A stretch of DNA of 64,000 nucleotides from Christensenellales bacterium (GCA_040776985.1 JAXGZL010000003.1:54970-118969); one strand, 5' to 3'; shown: positions 26,935 through 35,735, numbered from the stretch's first letter. Notes: a model not told the origin generated them from the sequence alone. Numbers and translations: made by a program.

Positions 26935-28929
26935 TTACTGCAGTTTGCTGGTGGCCACAAAACCGCGGGCCGGCTGGTTGTTCACGGTGGTTTCCACATA
27001 GGTCCAGTGGTTGTCATCCCCAGTGTAGGCAAGGGCCGTGACCGGGGTGCCGGCGGGAAGAACGGCCAGGCGTCCGTCCAAAGGCTTCATGATGGGGTCG
27101 TCGGTGAGGTTGCCCTCGGCATTCATGGTCATCGGGACGCTGGAAAGGCGGAGGGCGCCCACCGTCACATCAGCGGGCACAGCGGACTGGTCCACATAGC
27201 CGATGCGGTAGAGATTGTCGCCATAGCCGTAGCCAATGAGCGCCCAGCCATCCACCACGCCATAGATGCGGCAGCGGCCTCTGGACACATGGGCCTGACC
27301 GCCTGCTGCCCGCAGGTAGTTGGTTCCGGGCCCGGTGTAGACATCAAAGGCGCCGGTGAGGGCGGAAGTCTTGAAGTTGGGCAGCGGCTGCAGGCTGACC
27401 GGGGGCGGGGTGGGCTCTTCCGTCGGTTCCGCGGTGGGTTCAGCAGTAGGTTCAGCAGTGGGCTCCGCGGTGGGTTCCGCAGTCGGTTCGGCTGTGGGTT
27501 CCGCGGTTTCCGTAGGTTCAGTGGTGGGTTCCGCGGTTTCTGTTGGATCTGCGGAAGGCACAGGGCTGGGGGAAGGGGTCGGCGTGGGCGTGACCACCAC
27601 AGCCGCCTTGTAGATGAAGGTGACGCTGGGCGGGGTCACGCTGCTGTCTGCGCCCACGGTCACGGTGACGCTGCGCTCACTCTGCAGGGTGTAGCCTTCC
27701 GGCACCAGGGCATCGTTGGCAGTGATGACATTCTCGCCCTGGGTGACCTTCTGGTTTTCATTGTGAAGGGGATTGTTGTCGGTGTCCACGTAGTGGACCG
27801 GCAGGTCCGCCGTGGCGGGCGCCTTGAAGGTGAAGGTGACAGAGGGGGGCGTGGCCACGCCGTCGGCGCTCACCTGGACGGTGACGCTGCCGGGTCCCTG
27901 CAGGGTAAAGCCATCCGGCACATAGCTGGTGTTGGCGGTCACGGTGTGGCTGCCCTGGGCCATGTTGATCTGATCGGTTTTGAAGGTTTCCCCTTCGGTG
28001 CTGACATAGTTGACGGGCACCATCACCGTCACCGGCGCCTTGCGGTAGACAAAGCTGATGACGGCGGGGTTGGCCACGCCGCCAGCGGACACGGTGACGC
28101 TGACCGTCCTGACGCTGGTGAGGGTGTAGCCCTCCGGCACCAGGGAGTCATTGGCGGAAACCTGGGTGATGCCCTGGGGCAGGGTGACGGTTTGACTGGT
28201 GATCAGCTTGTTGTCCGTATCCAGGTAGTTGACGGTGATGTTGGCGGTGACAGGCGGCGTCTCCTTATAATAGGTGAAGGTGACAGAAGGGGGCGTGGCG
28301 CGGCTGTCAGCGCTGACGGTGACCAGCACCTGGGTCTGCCCGGTAAGGAAATAGCCGGCGGGCACACGGGAGGGATTGGGACGCACGGTGGTGCGGCCCT
28401 CAGCCAGGGGGAGGACATCGGTAAACAGCCGCTCCCCGGTGGTGCTCATGTAATAGACCGGCACGTTCACAATCACCGGCGGCCTGACGGTGGGGCTTGG
28501 GGTGACATCCACCGGCGCAAACACCACATTGGGGTCCTGATACAGCTTGGTGAGGGTTTTCACCCCGGCGATGCCATCCTGGGTCAGCTTGTTATAGTAC
28601 TGGAAGCGCTCCACCGCCCGCTTGGTCTGCTGGCCGTAGATGCCGTCCACAGCGCCAGTCAGATAGCCCAATTCCTTTAGGCGCAGCTGCATCACGCGCA
28701 CGTTCTCGCCCCGGTCGCCCACATACAGCGTGGTCATCCTGGGGGTGGAGGTGGGCACAGGCGCCGGGGTGCTGGTGATATAGACCGGCGTGGGGCTGAT
28801 GGTGACCACCGGCGTGGGGGTCTGGAACTGGGTGGGCATGGGGGTGAGGGCAGGCAGCTGAGACACCCCCGAGGTCAGTAAAACGGTCATATAGACCAAC
28901 AGTGTTTTCAACAGATCCATCTCGTTCAC
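26935..28929 (-). CDS. secreted cell-wall-associated protein (PG_binding_1, MucBP-like repeats, Pro/Thr/Glu linker, SH3-like C-terminus)
   Basis: Signal peptide, LKELGYLTGAVDGIYGQQTKRAVERFQ PG-binding motif, five ~70-aa repeats (...VNYLDTD...VPEGYTL...VTF.YK), and an (AEPT)n linker. Confidence 0.7.
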   Translation of the reverse strand: MNEMDLLKTLLVYMTVLLTSGVSQLPALTPMPTQFQTPTPVVTISPTPVYITSTPAPVPTSTPRMTTLYVGDRGENVRVMQLRLKELGYLTGAVDGIYGQQTKRAVERFQYYNKLTQDGIAGVKTLTKLYQDPNVVFAPVDVTPSPTVRPPVIVNVPVYYMSTTGERLFTDVLPLAEGRTTVRPNPSRVPAGYFLTGQTQVLVTVSADSRATPPSVTFTYYKETPPVTANITVNYLDTDNKLITSQTVTLPQGITQVSANDSLVPEGYTLTSVRTVSVTVSAGGVANPAVISFVYRKAPVTVMVPVNYVSTEGETFKTDQINMAQGSHTVTANTSYVPDGFTLQGPGSVTVQVSADGVATPPSVTFTFKAPATADLPVHYVDTDNNPLHNENQKVTQGENVITANDALVPEGYTLQSERSVTVTVGADSSVTPPSVTFIYKAAVVVTPTPTPSPSPVPSADPTETAEPTTEPTETAEPTAEPTAEPTAEPTAEPTAEPTAEPTEEPTPPPVSLQPLPNFKTSALTGAFDVYTGPGTNYLRAAGGQAHVSRGRCRIYGVVDGWALIGYGYGDNLYRIGYVDQSAVPADVTVGALRLSSVPMTMNAEGNLTDDPIMKPLDGRLAVLPAGTPVTALAYTGDDNHWTYVETTVNNQPARGFVATSKLQ
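27415..27550 (-). repeat. in-frame 12/15-nt tandem repeat encoding (PTAEP/TEPTE)n linker
   Basis: ggttc(c/a)gc(g/a)gt(g/a)gg units repeated about 8 times. Translates to TAEPTAEPTAEPTAEPTAEPTAEP. Confidence 0.8.
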
Positions 28930-28980
28930 TCCTTTTTGTCGAAGCTGTCTTCAACCATCAAACGATTGATGGAGGGGGTT

Positions 28981-30000
28981 TCATGCATCCTTGCCCAGGG
29001 TGATAAAGCGTTCAAAGTCAGGCAAAATGCCGATGCCATCCGGGTAGTGGGCGGCGAACTGGGGCACCGCGTGGCTGGGGAAGGAATTGCCCTCAATAAA
29101 CTCCGGCCCCTGGGGCGTGATGGCCACATCCCAGGCCACAAAGCGCAGCTGGGGAACCAGCCGCATCGCCTCCAGGCAGGCCTGCCTGGCCTCTTCAAAG
29201 AAGGGCACCTGAAAGCCGGTGATGGGGGTGTCGGTCAGCGGATGGCGGGAAAACTCCTGCCCCTTTTTGTCCGCAGCCACGGTGTTGATGACGCCGCTTG
29301 AAAGTTCTACCCGGGCGGCCATGCCGCCGCAGTCCACATTGTCCATCACCCGGCCGTTGCCGATGCGCATGAAGGCGTAGACGATGCCGGCGTCCTTGTC
29401 GCCAATCAGGGTGGCGATGCGGATGGTGTTGACGCTGCCGGGGTAGATGGCGGCCATGTCAGCGTGCTGCGAAAGGGCTTCCTCCAGGATGCAGTCCCCC
29501 TTGTCCCGCAGGCGCTTTAACAGGGCCTTGGCGTCCTTCAGCTCCTCCGGTTCCAGCCGCTCCACCCCGATGCCGCTGGAGCCCTCCAGGGGCTTGGCGA
29601 ACAGGGCACCTTTTCCTACGCAGAAGTCCTTCAGCGCGGATTCCGTGGTGGCGGCGTCCACCCGCATCCAGGCCCGCTTCACCCATTTGGAAAAGGTTTG
29701 GTTGAACAGGGTTTTGTCATCAAAGAAGCGCCAGTATTCCTTGTCGTTCATCCGACGGACGATGTCATTGCTGATGCCCCGGGTGATGACGGTCTTGCGC
29801 TGGGCATGGTTTAGGCGGTCCATCCGGGCAATCATATAGTCCATATACCCGGCGTTGTAGCGGATGCCGCAGACCAGCAGGTCTGCCAGCAGGAAGGGGG
29901 TGGGCTTGCCACTTTGGGCGCGGATCATGCGGAGGGTTTCCCGGAAGCGCCGGGTGTCCATCTGAAAGAGGCGTTTAAAGAAAAAACTCAGCTTGCTCAT
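28981..30000 (-). CDS. ATP-grasp enzyme (sugar-transfer-associated ATP-grasp type)
   Basis: ATP-grasp signatures (LFAKPLEGSSGIGV, VNTIRIATL, FVAWDVAITPQGPEFIEGN). ATG at 30000 is 1 nt after the ychF stop codon. Confidence 0.65.
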   Translation of the reverse strand: MSKLSFFFKRLFQMDTRRFRETLRMIRAQSGKPTPFLLADLLVCGIRYNAGYMDYMIARMDRLNHAQRKTVITRGISNDIVRRMNDKEYWRFFDDKTLFNQTFSKWVKRAWMRVDAATTESALKDFCVGKGALFAKPLEGSSGIGVERLEPEELKDAKALLKRLRDKGDCILEEALSQHADMAAIYPGSVNTIRIATLIGDKDAGIVYAFMRIGNGRVMDNVDCGGMAARVELSSGVINTVAADKKGQEFSRHPLTDTPITGFQVPFFEEARQACLEAMRLVPQLRFVAWDVAITPQGPEFIEGNSFPSHAVPQFAAHYPDGIGILPDFERFITLGKDA

Positions 30001-30001
30001 A

Positions 30002-31099
30002 TCACACATTAAAGCGGAACAGCGTCACGTCGCCGTCCTGCATCACATAGTCCTTCCCCTCGCTGCGCACCAGGCCTTTTTCGCGGCAGGCAGCCATGCT
30101 GCCTTGGGCCATGAGGGCGTCAAAGGGGACGATTTCAGCCCGGATAAAGCCCCGCTCAAAATCCGTGTGGATCTTGCCAGCGGCCTGGGGCGCCTTGGTG
30201 CCCTGGGGGATGGTCCAGGCGCGGCACTCGTCCTCACCCACCGTCATGAAGGAGATGAGGCCCAGCAGGCGATAGCTGGCCTTGATCAATTGATCCAGCC
30301 CGCTTTCGCCCAGGCCCAGCTCCTCAATGTACAGGGCTTTTTCCTCCTGGGGCAGGGAGGCGATCTCCTCCTCAATCCTGGCGCTGATGACGATGGTTTC
30401 TGCCTTTTCCCTGGCCGCCTGCTCCAGCGCGCGCTGCAGCAGGGGAAGCTCCTCCGGGGATTTGCCCAGCTCGTCCTCCGCCACATTGGCGGCGTAGATG
30501 ACCGGCTTATCCGTCAGCAAAAACCAGTGCCTGCTGAGGGCCCGCTCCTCCTCCGTCAGGGGGCAGAGCCGCGCCGGCTGGCCTGATTCCAGGAAGGCCA
30601 GCATCTTATCCGCCAGCTCAGTCTCCTCCTGGTACTTTTTCTCCCCGGTTTTAAACAGCTTCCGGGCCTTTTCGCCCCGCTTCTGCAGGGTTTCCATGTC
30701 GGCAAAGATCAATTCCAGGTTCAGCGTTTCCATGTCCCTGAGCGGATCCACCGAGCCCTCCACGTGGATGACGTTGTCATCCGCAAAGCAGCGCACCACA
30801 TGGAGGATGGCGTCCACCTCCCGGATGTGGGAGAGGAAGCGGTTGCCAAGGCCCTCCCCGTGGCTGGCGCCCCGCACCAGGCCTGCGATGTCCACAAACT
30901 CCACCGCCGCGTGGGTGGTCTTTTTAGGCTTGTACATGGCGGAAAGCGCGTCCACCCGGCTGTCCGGCACGGACACCACCCCGGTGTTGGGCTCGATGGT
31001 GCAAAAGGGATAGTTGGCGGCCTGGGCCCCGGCGTTGGTGATGGCGTTAAACAGGGTGCTTTTACCCACATTGGGCAAGCCCACAATTCCAAGCTTCAT
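30002..31099 (-). CDS. ychF: redox-regulated ribosome-binding ATPase YchF
   Basis: [14 protein letters not shown]-loop and a TGS/YchF C-terminal domain, 365 aa. Confidence 0.95.
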   Translation of the reverse strand: MKLGIVGLPNVGKSTLFNAITNAGAQAANYPFCTIEPNTGVVSVPDSRVDALSAMYKPKKTTHAAVEFVDIAGLVRGASHGEGLGNRFLSHIREVDAILHVVRCFADDNVIHVEGSVDPLRDMETLNLELIFADMETLQKRGEKARKLFKTGEKKYQEETELADKMLAFLESGQPARLCPLTEEERALSRHWFLLTDKPVIYAANVAEDELGKSPEELPLLQRALEQAAREKAETIVISARIEEEIASLPQEEKALYIEELGLGESGLDQLIKASYRLLGLISFMTVGEDECRAWTIPQGTKAPQAAGKIHTDFERGFIRAEIVPFDALMAQGSMAACREKGLVRSEGKDYVMQDGDVTLFRFNV

Positions 31100-31131
31100 C
31101 CTTCAGTGACTCCTCTCAAACAAACAGCCTT

Positions 31132-31160
31132 ATTATACTGTGTGTTCCCCGCGCTGGCAA
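31132..31160 (-). promoter_or_regulatory. sigma-A promoter of ychF
   Basis: Minus strand reads TTGCCA-17 nt-TATAAT. Confidence 0.6.
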
Positions 31161-31195
31161 TAAAGCAAGCCCCGGGGAAAGCGTATTTTGGCATC

Positions 31196-31220
31196 AAAAA
31201 AAGGGCCGTCTGGCCCTTTT
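31196..31220 (-). terminator. intrinsic terminator after rpmB
   Basis: Minus strand reads AAAAGGGCC-agac-GGCCCTTTTTTT. Confidence 0.7.
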
Positions 31221-31234
31221 GGCGAACACCGGCC

Positions 31235-31456
31235 TTATGAAGCCTGGCTGTCCGCACGCATCCGGGGCATGGCGCGCTGCACATTGCCGCTGCGCAGGCA
31301 GCGGGTGCACACGTACAGCCGCATGGGGCGGCCTTCCTTCACCACACGGATGTTCTGCACATTGGGGGCCCAGGTCCGGTTGCTCTTGCGGTTGGAATGG
31401 CTGACCTTATGGCCGCTCATCAGGCCCTTTTCGCACACTTGACAAAACTTTCCCAT
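31235..31456 (-). CDS. rpmB: 50S ribosomal protein L28
   Basis: C..C...GHKVSHSNRKSNRTW.PN...V......R..VCTRCLRSG pattern of L28, with a short C-terminal extension. Confidence 0.9.
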   Translation of the reverse strand: MGKFCQVCEKGLMSGHKVSHSNRKSNRTWAPNVQNIRVVKEGRPMRLYVCTRCLRSGNVQRAMPRMRADSQAS

Positions 31457-31619
31457 CTCTATTCCCTCCCTGTGGGATCAAACTACCGCAGCCTGCCTGC
31501 CGCGGCGGGATGACAGCCAAAGTAATATAGCACAGGCGCGGCATAATGGCAAGCGGAAAAACAGGGGAAATTGATGCCACCGGGAACTGATGAAGGCAAT
31601 GCTGGATCTTGTGGTGTTC

Positions 31620-31648
31620 TTGGCATACAGGGGCAGCTGTGGTATAAT
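31620..31648 (+). promoter_or_regulatory. sigma-A promoter (extended -10)
   Basis: TTGGCA-17 nt-(TGg)TATAAT, 36 nt upstream of the 31685 start. Confidence 0.6.
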
Positions 31649-31684
31649 CAAGGCAACCAATACATAATAAAGGGGGAATGTCCC

Positions 31685-32095
31685 ATGATACAAGTCATTC
31701 ACGGAAAGAAGGGCACAGGCAAAACCAAACGCATTATCGACATGGCCAATGACGCTGTCCAGGACCGCCATGGCGATATTGTTTTTGTGGATGATGACAA
31801 CCGCTACATGTTTGACCTCCGCCATGAAATCCGCTTTGTGAACGCGGGCGAATACGGCATGGTGGGGCCGGAGATGTTCTACGGCTTTCTCTGCGGCATG
31901 CTGGCTCAGAACTTCGATGTGACCACGGTGTTTATCGACGCCTTTCTGAAGCTGGTGAATGTGAAGCCAGATGAAACCGAATGGTTCTTCAATAAATTGG
32001 AGTGGCTGGGGGATAACAGGAACATCAACTTTGTCCTTTCCATCAGCTGCGATGACGCGGACGCCCCGGAATACATCAGAAAGCACTTCATCTGA
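31685..32095 (+). CDS. 136-aa minimal P-loop NTPase of unknown function
   Basis: Walker A GKKGTGKT at residues 7-14 and Walker-B-like IVFVDDD. ATG at 31685 follows AGGGGGAA; the longer ORF-track start was rejected. Confidence 0.55.
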   Translation: MIQVIHGKKGTGKTKRIIDMANDAVQDRHGDIVFVDDDNRYMFDLRHEIRFVNAGEYGMVGPEMFYGFLCGMLAQNFDVTTVFIDAFLKLVNVKPDETEWFFNKLEWLGDNRNINFVLSISCDDADAPEYIRKHFI

Positions 32096-32104
32096 TAAAA
32101 TTTT

Positions 32105-32794
32105 ATGAAATGGATCTGCAAAATCTGCGGCTATATCCACGAAGGGGACGCGCCGCCCGCCATTTGTCCGGTCTGCAAGGCTGACAGCAGCAAGTTTGAG
32201 CTGCTGGAGGAAAAACCCGCAGAAAGCAAACAGGCAAAAAAAGAGAAAACACTAGCCCGCTGGATCTGCAATGTCTGCGGCTATATCCACGAAGGGGATG
32301 CGCCGCCGGATATCTGCCCGGTGTGCAAGGTGGGCAGGGAGCATTTTGAGCCCTATGAGCGCCAGCGCGTCTTTGCGGAGATGCACCGCCTGGGGGTGGC
32401 CCGTGGCGTGGACAGCCAGGTCTTCGCGGGCATCAAGGCCCAGTGCCTGGCCGCCTGTGAGGATGTGGGGCAGTGTCTGGCCATGGCCCGCGCGGCGGAC
32501 CGGGAGGGATATCCCGAGGTGGCGGAGGCGCTGCGCCGCATCGCCCAGGAAAAGTCCGGCCACGCGGCCAGGCTTTATGAGCTGATGGGGGAAGGGATTG
32601 CCCCGGAAAGCGAGGGCAATCTGCGCCTGCTGACGGAGGCGGAGTTGACCGGCTGTCAGGAGGCGAAGGCCATCTCCCAAAGGGCAGGGGCCCTGGGCCT
32701 GGAGGAAATCCGCGACGCCCTGCTTGAGATCGCCCGGGACCGGGCCAGGCATGGCCGGGCGGTGGAGGGGCTGCTGAAAAGACTGTTCTCCTGA
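32105..32794 (+). CDS. tandem rubredoxin-like domains fused to a rubrerythrin/ferritin-like four-helix domain
   Basis: Two copies of W-I-C-x-x-C-G-Y-I-H-E-G-D-A-P-P-x-I-C-P-V-C-K, then ~130 aa resembling the rubrerythrin di-iron domain. Confidence 0.7.
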   Translation: MKWICKICGYIHEGDAPPAICPVCKADSSKFELLEEKPAESKQAKKEKTLARWICNVCGYIHEGDAPPDICPVCKVGREHFEPYERQRVFAEMHRLGVARGVDSQVFAGIKAQCLAACEDVGQCLAMARAADREGYPEVAEALRRIAQEKSGHAARLYELMGEGIAPESEGNLRLLTEAELTGCQEAKAISQRAGALGLEEIRDALLEIARDRARHGRAVEGLLKRLFS

Positions 32795-32858
32795 TATAAA
32801 AACCCGAAACATGGAGGAAGCGCTGAAAAGCCTTCCTCTTTTTTGGCCCTTTGTGACA

Positions 32859-32887
32859 TTGACAGGGGGAGGACACCCCTATATAAT
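32859..32887 (+). promoter_or_regulatory. sigma-A consensus promoter of nrdA
   Basis: TTGACA-17 nt-TATAAT, both hexamers perfect. Confidence 0.7.
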
Positions 32888-32891
32888 GCGC
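32876..32891 (+). promoter_or_regulatory. NrdR box 1
   Basis: CCCCTATATAATGCGC matches most positions of the acaCwAtATaTwGtgt NrdR-box consensus and overlaps the -10. Confidence 0.55.
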
Positions 32892-32906
32892 ATACAATTG
32901 AACGCG

Positions 32907-32922
32907 CTACCATATATGGTAT
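32907..32922 (+). promoter_or_regulatory. NrdR box 2
   Basis: CTACCATATATGGTAT, with the palindromic core ACCATATATGGT. Its centre is 31 bp from box 1, the typical tandem spacing. Confidence 0.65.
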
Positions 32923-32943
32923 TGAGAGCTGAAAGGACAGCAC

Positions 32944-35502
32944 ATGGAAAAGACATTGAGCATCCCTTCCCGGATCACCAAGCGCAGTGGCAACCAGGAG
33001 GCTTATGACAGCCGCAAAATCCGGGAGGCCATCCGCAAATCCTTCCTGGGGACCGATACCCAGGTTTCAGACAGCAAGCTGGACGCGCTGGTGGAGCAGG
33101 CGGAGGCGCTGATCATCCGGGAGATCGCCGCGGGGCAGGCTTTCTCGGTGGAGTTTGTGCAGGACAAGGTGGAGCAGGCGCTGATGGAGGCGGACTGCTT
33201 CCCCCAGGCCAAGGCCTATATCCTCTACCGGGAAACCCGGCGCAGGCTGCGGGAGGACAGGCAGCGCCTGCTGGCCTTTTTCCCGGATCTGCCGCCCCTG
33301 GCCCAGACCCTGGCGGGCATTGGGCGGGATTTCCCCGCGGAGCCCTATTCCCTGGGGGCGCTGAACCGCAAATTCCAGTCCCTTTATAAGGAAGACAGGG
33401 AGCTGGAGGAGCGGGTGGCGCTGCTGGTGCGCGCCGCCCTGGAACTGACCGACAAGGAAGCCTCCCGCTGGGAGATGATCGCGGGCAGGCTGTACAGCTG
33501 CCTGTACCACTACCGCCTGGAAGACCGGGTCAGGAAGCTGGGAATCAACAGCTATCCTGAAAAGATGCGCTACCTGGACCGGGAAGGCCTGCTGGCAAAG
33601 TCCATGCTGGAAACCTATTCCCAGGCAGATCTGGAAGAAGCCTATCAGCTGATCCAGCCGGAGCGGGATCACCTGCTGCCCTATTCCGGGCTTGACCTGC
33701 TGGTGCGCCGCTATGTAATCCATGACCGGAAGCACCGGGGGCTGGAGAGCATCCAGGAGATGTACCTGAACATCGCCCTGTTCCTGGCCATCCCGGAAAA
33801 GCCGGACATGCGCCTTTATTGGGTGAAGCGCTTCTATGACATGCTGAGCCTGCTTTTGGTCACCATGGCCACCCCCACCCTGACCAACGCCAGAAAGCCC
33901 TATCACCAGCTGAGCTCCTGCTTCATTGACACGGTGCCCGATGACCTGCAGGGCATCTACCACAGCATCTCCAACTTCGCCAATGTCTCAAAGTTCGGCG
34001 GCGGCATGGGCCTGTATTTTGGCAAGGTGCGCGCCCATGGCTCGGACATCCGGGGCTTTGAGGGGGCAGCCGGCGGGGTAATCCGCTGGATCCGCCTGGC
34101 CAATGACACCGCCGTGGCGGTGGACCAGCTGGGCGTGCGCCAGGGGGCAGTGGCGGTGTACCTGGACGTGTGGCACCGGGACCTGCCGGAGTTTTTACAG
34201 CTGCGCACCAACAACGGGGATGACCGGATGAAGGCCCACGATGTCTTCCCGGCGGTCTGCATGCCGGACTACTTCTGGCAGCAGGTGCGCGACAACATCG
34301 AGGGGGACTGGCACCTCTTTGACCCCCATGAGATCAGAAAGAAAAAGGGCTGGGCGCTGGAGGACAGCTTTGGCGAGGCCTGGACAGAGAAATACCGGGA
34401 ATGCGTGGCGGACCAGACCCTGAGCCGCCGGGTGATCCCCATCAAGGAGCTGGTGCGCCTGGTGATCAAGTCCGCCGTGGAGACCGGCACCCCCTTTGTT
34501 TTCAACCGGGACCTGGTGAACCGGATGAACCCCAACCCCCACCAGGGGATGATCTACTGCAGCAACCTGTGCACGGAAATCGCCCAGAACATGAGCGCGG
34601 TGCAGGGGGTGTCCCAGGAGATTAAGACCATTGACGGGGAAACGGTGGTGGTGAACATCACCAAGCCTGGGGACTATGTGGTGTGCAACCTGGCCAGCCT
34701 CAACCTGGGCCGCATCCAGGTGGAGGACAAGGAGGAGCTGGAAAGCCTGATCACAGCCGGCATCCGGGCCCTTGACAATGTGATTGACCTGAACTATTAC
34801 CCGGTGCCCTATGCCCAGGTCAACAACAAGCGCTACCGCCCGGTGGGCCTGGGGGTGAGCGGCTATCACCACATGCTGGCCAAGCGCTTCATCGACTGGG
34901 AGACGGAGGAGCACCTGAAGTTCGCCGACCAGGTGTTTGAGGACATCAACTACTTCGCCATCGCCGCCAGCAACAGCCTGGCCAGGGAAAAGGGCAGTTA
35001 TCCGCTCTTCCCCGGAAGCGACTGGGAGAACGGGGAATATTTCGCCAAACGGGACTATGATTCCCCCCGCTGGCAGGAACTCAAGGAACAGGTGGCAAAG
35101 GATGGCCTGCGCAACGGCTATCTGTTGGCCGTGGCGCCCACCTCCAGCATTTCCATCATCGCCGGCACTACGGCGGGAACCGACCCCATCATGAGCCGCT
35201 TCTACTATGACGAGAAGAAAAATGGCCTCATTCCAAGGGCTGCGCCGGACCTGGACGCGGACACCTACTGGTATTACAAGAGCGCCCATCAGATCAACCA
35301 GCTCTGGTCCGTCCGGGCCTGCGGCGTGCGCCAGCGTCATGTGGACCAGGCCCAGAGCATGAACCTCTACATCACCAACGACTACAGCTTCCGCCAGGTG
35401 CTGGAACTGTACATCAGCGCCTGGGAAGAAGGGGTGAAAACCATCTACTACATCCGCTCCAAATCCCTGGAGGTGGAGGACTGCGAAAGCTGCTCCACCT
35501 GA
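32944..35502 (+). CDS. nrdA: class Ia ribonucleoside-diphosphate reductase alpha subunit
   Basis: N-terminal ATP-cone, active-site SNLCTEI, and a C-terminal CESC redox pair, 852 aa. Confidence 0.92.
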   Translation: MEKTLSIPSRITKRSGNQEAYDSRKIREAIRKSFLGTDTQVSDSKLDALVEQAEALIIREIAAGQAFSVEFVQDKVEQALMEADCFPQAKAYILYRETRRRLREDRQRLLAFFPDLPPLAQTLAGIGRDFPAEPYSLGALNRKFQSLYKEDRELEERVALLVRAALELTDKEASRWEMIAGRLYSCLYHYRLEDRVRKLGINSYPEKMRYLDREGLLAKSMLETYSQADLEEAYQLIQPERDHLLPYSGLDLLVRRYVIHDRKHRGLESIQEMYLNIALFLAIPEKPDMRLYWVKRFYDMLSLLLVTMATPTLTNARKPYHQLSSCFIDTVPDDLQGIYHSISNFANVSKFGGGMGLYFGKVRAHGSDIRGFEGAAGGVIRWIRLANDTAVAVDQLGVRQGAVAVYLDVWHRDLPEFLQLRTNNGDDRMKAHDVFPAVCMPDYFWQQVRDNIEGDWHLFDPHEIRKKKGWALEDSFGEAWTEKYRECVADQTLSRRVIPIKELVRLVIKSAVETGTPFVFNRDLVNRMNPNPHQGMIYCSNLCTEIAQNMSAVQGVSQEIKTIDGETVVVNITKPGDYVVCNLASLNLGRIQVEDKEELESLITAGIRALDNVIDLNYYPVPYAQVNNKRYRPVGLGVSGYHHMLAKRFIDWETEEHLKFADQVFEDINYFAIAASNSLAREKGSYPLFPGSDWENGEYFAKRDYDSPRWQELKEQVAKDGLRNGYLLAVAPTSSISIIAGTTAGTDPIMSRFYYDEKKNGLIPRAAPDLDADTYWYYKSAHQINQLWSVRACGVRQRHVDQAQSMNLYITNDYSFRQVLELYISAWEEGVKTIYYIRSKSLEVEDCESCST

Positions 35503-35537
35503 TCGTGGCGCCATATGGTTTGTCTGAATTCAGAATG

Positions 35538-35730
35538 TAGACAAACTATATCAAAGGGGTGTTTCAGAGGGCACAGCCCTCTGAGTGAAATCGTATCGCC
35601 CGGCTTTGCCGGGCGGGCGGGGCATTGCGTAGCAATGCATTCCACGCATTTTCGCTGGCCGGGAGCCAAGCTCCCAAGCGAAAATGCCCGTTCCTCCTAA
35701 ACGACAAAGTGTCCGCAGACACTTTGTCGA
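35538..35730 (+). repeat. ~193-bp multi-hairpin repeat element, copy B
   Basis: Aligns to the reverse complement of 18730-18923. Hairpins: CAGAGGG/CCCTCTG, CGCCCGGC/GCCGGGCG, GCATTGC/GCAATGC, GCATTTTCGC/GCGAAAATGC enclosing GGGAGC/GCTCCC, and CGACAAAGTGTC/GACACTTTGTCG. Confidence 0.85.
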
Positions 35731-35735
35731 CACTC

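Noticed and set aside
27356-27613. Regularly spaced short repeats that could be mistaken for a CRISPR-like array.
   Set aside because: The units are 12-15 nt, contiguous with no spacers, in frame, and encode an (AEPT)n linker inside a 664-aa surface protein.
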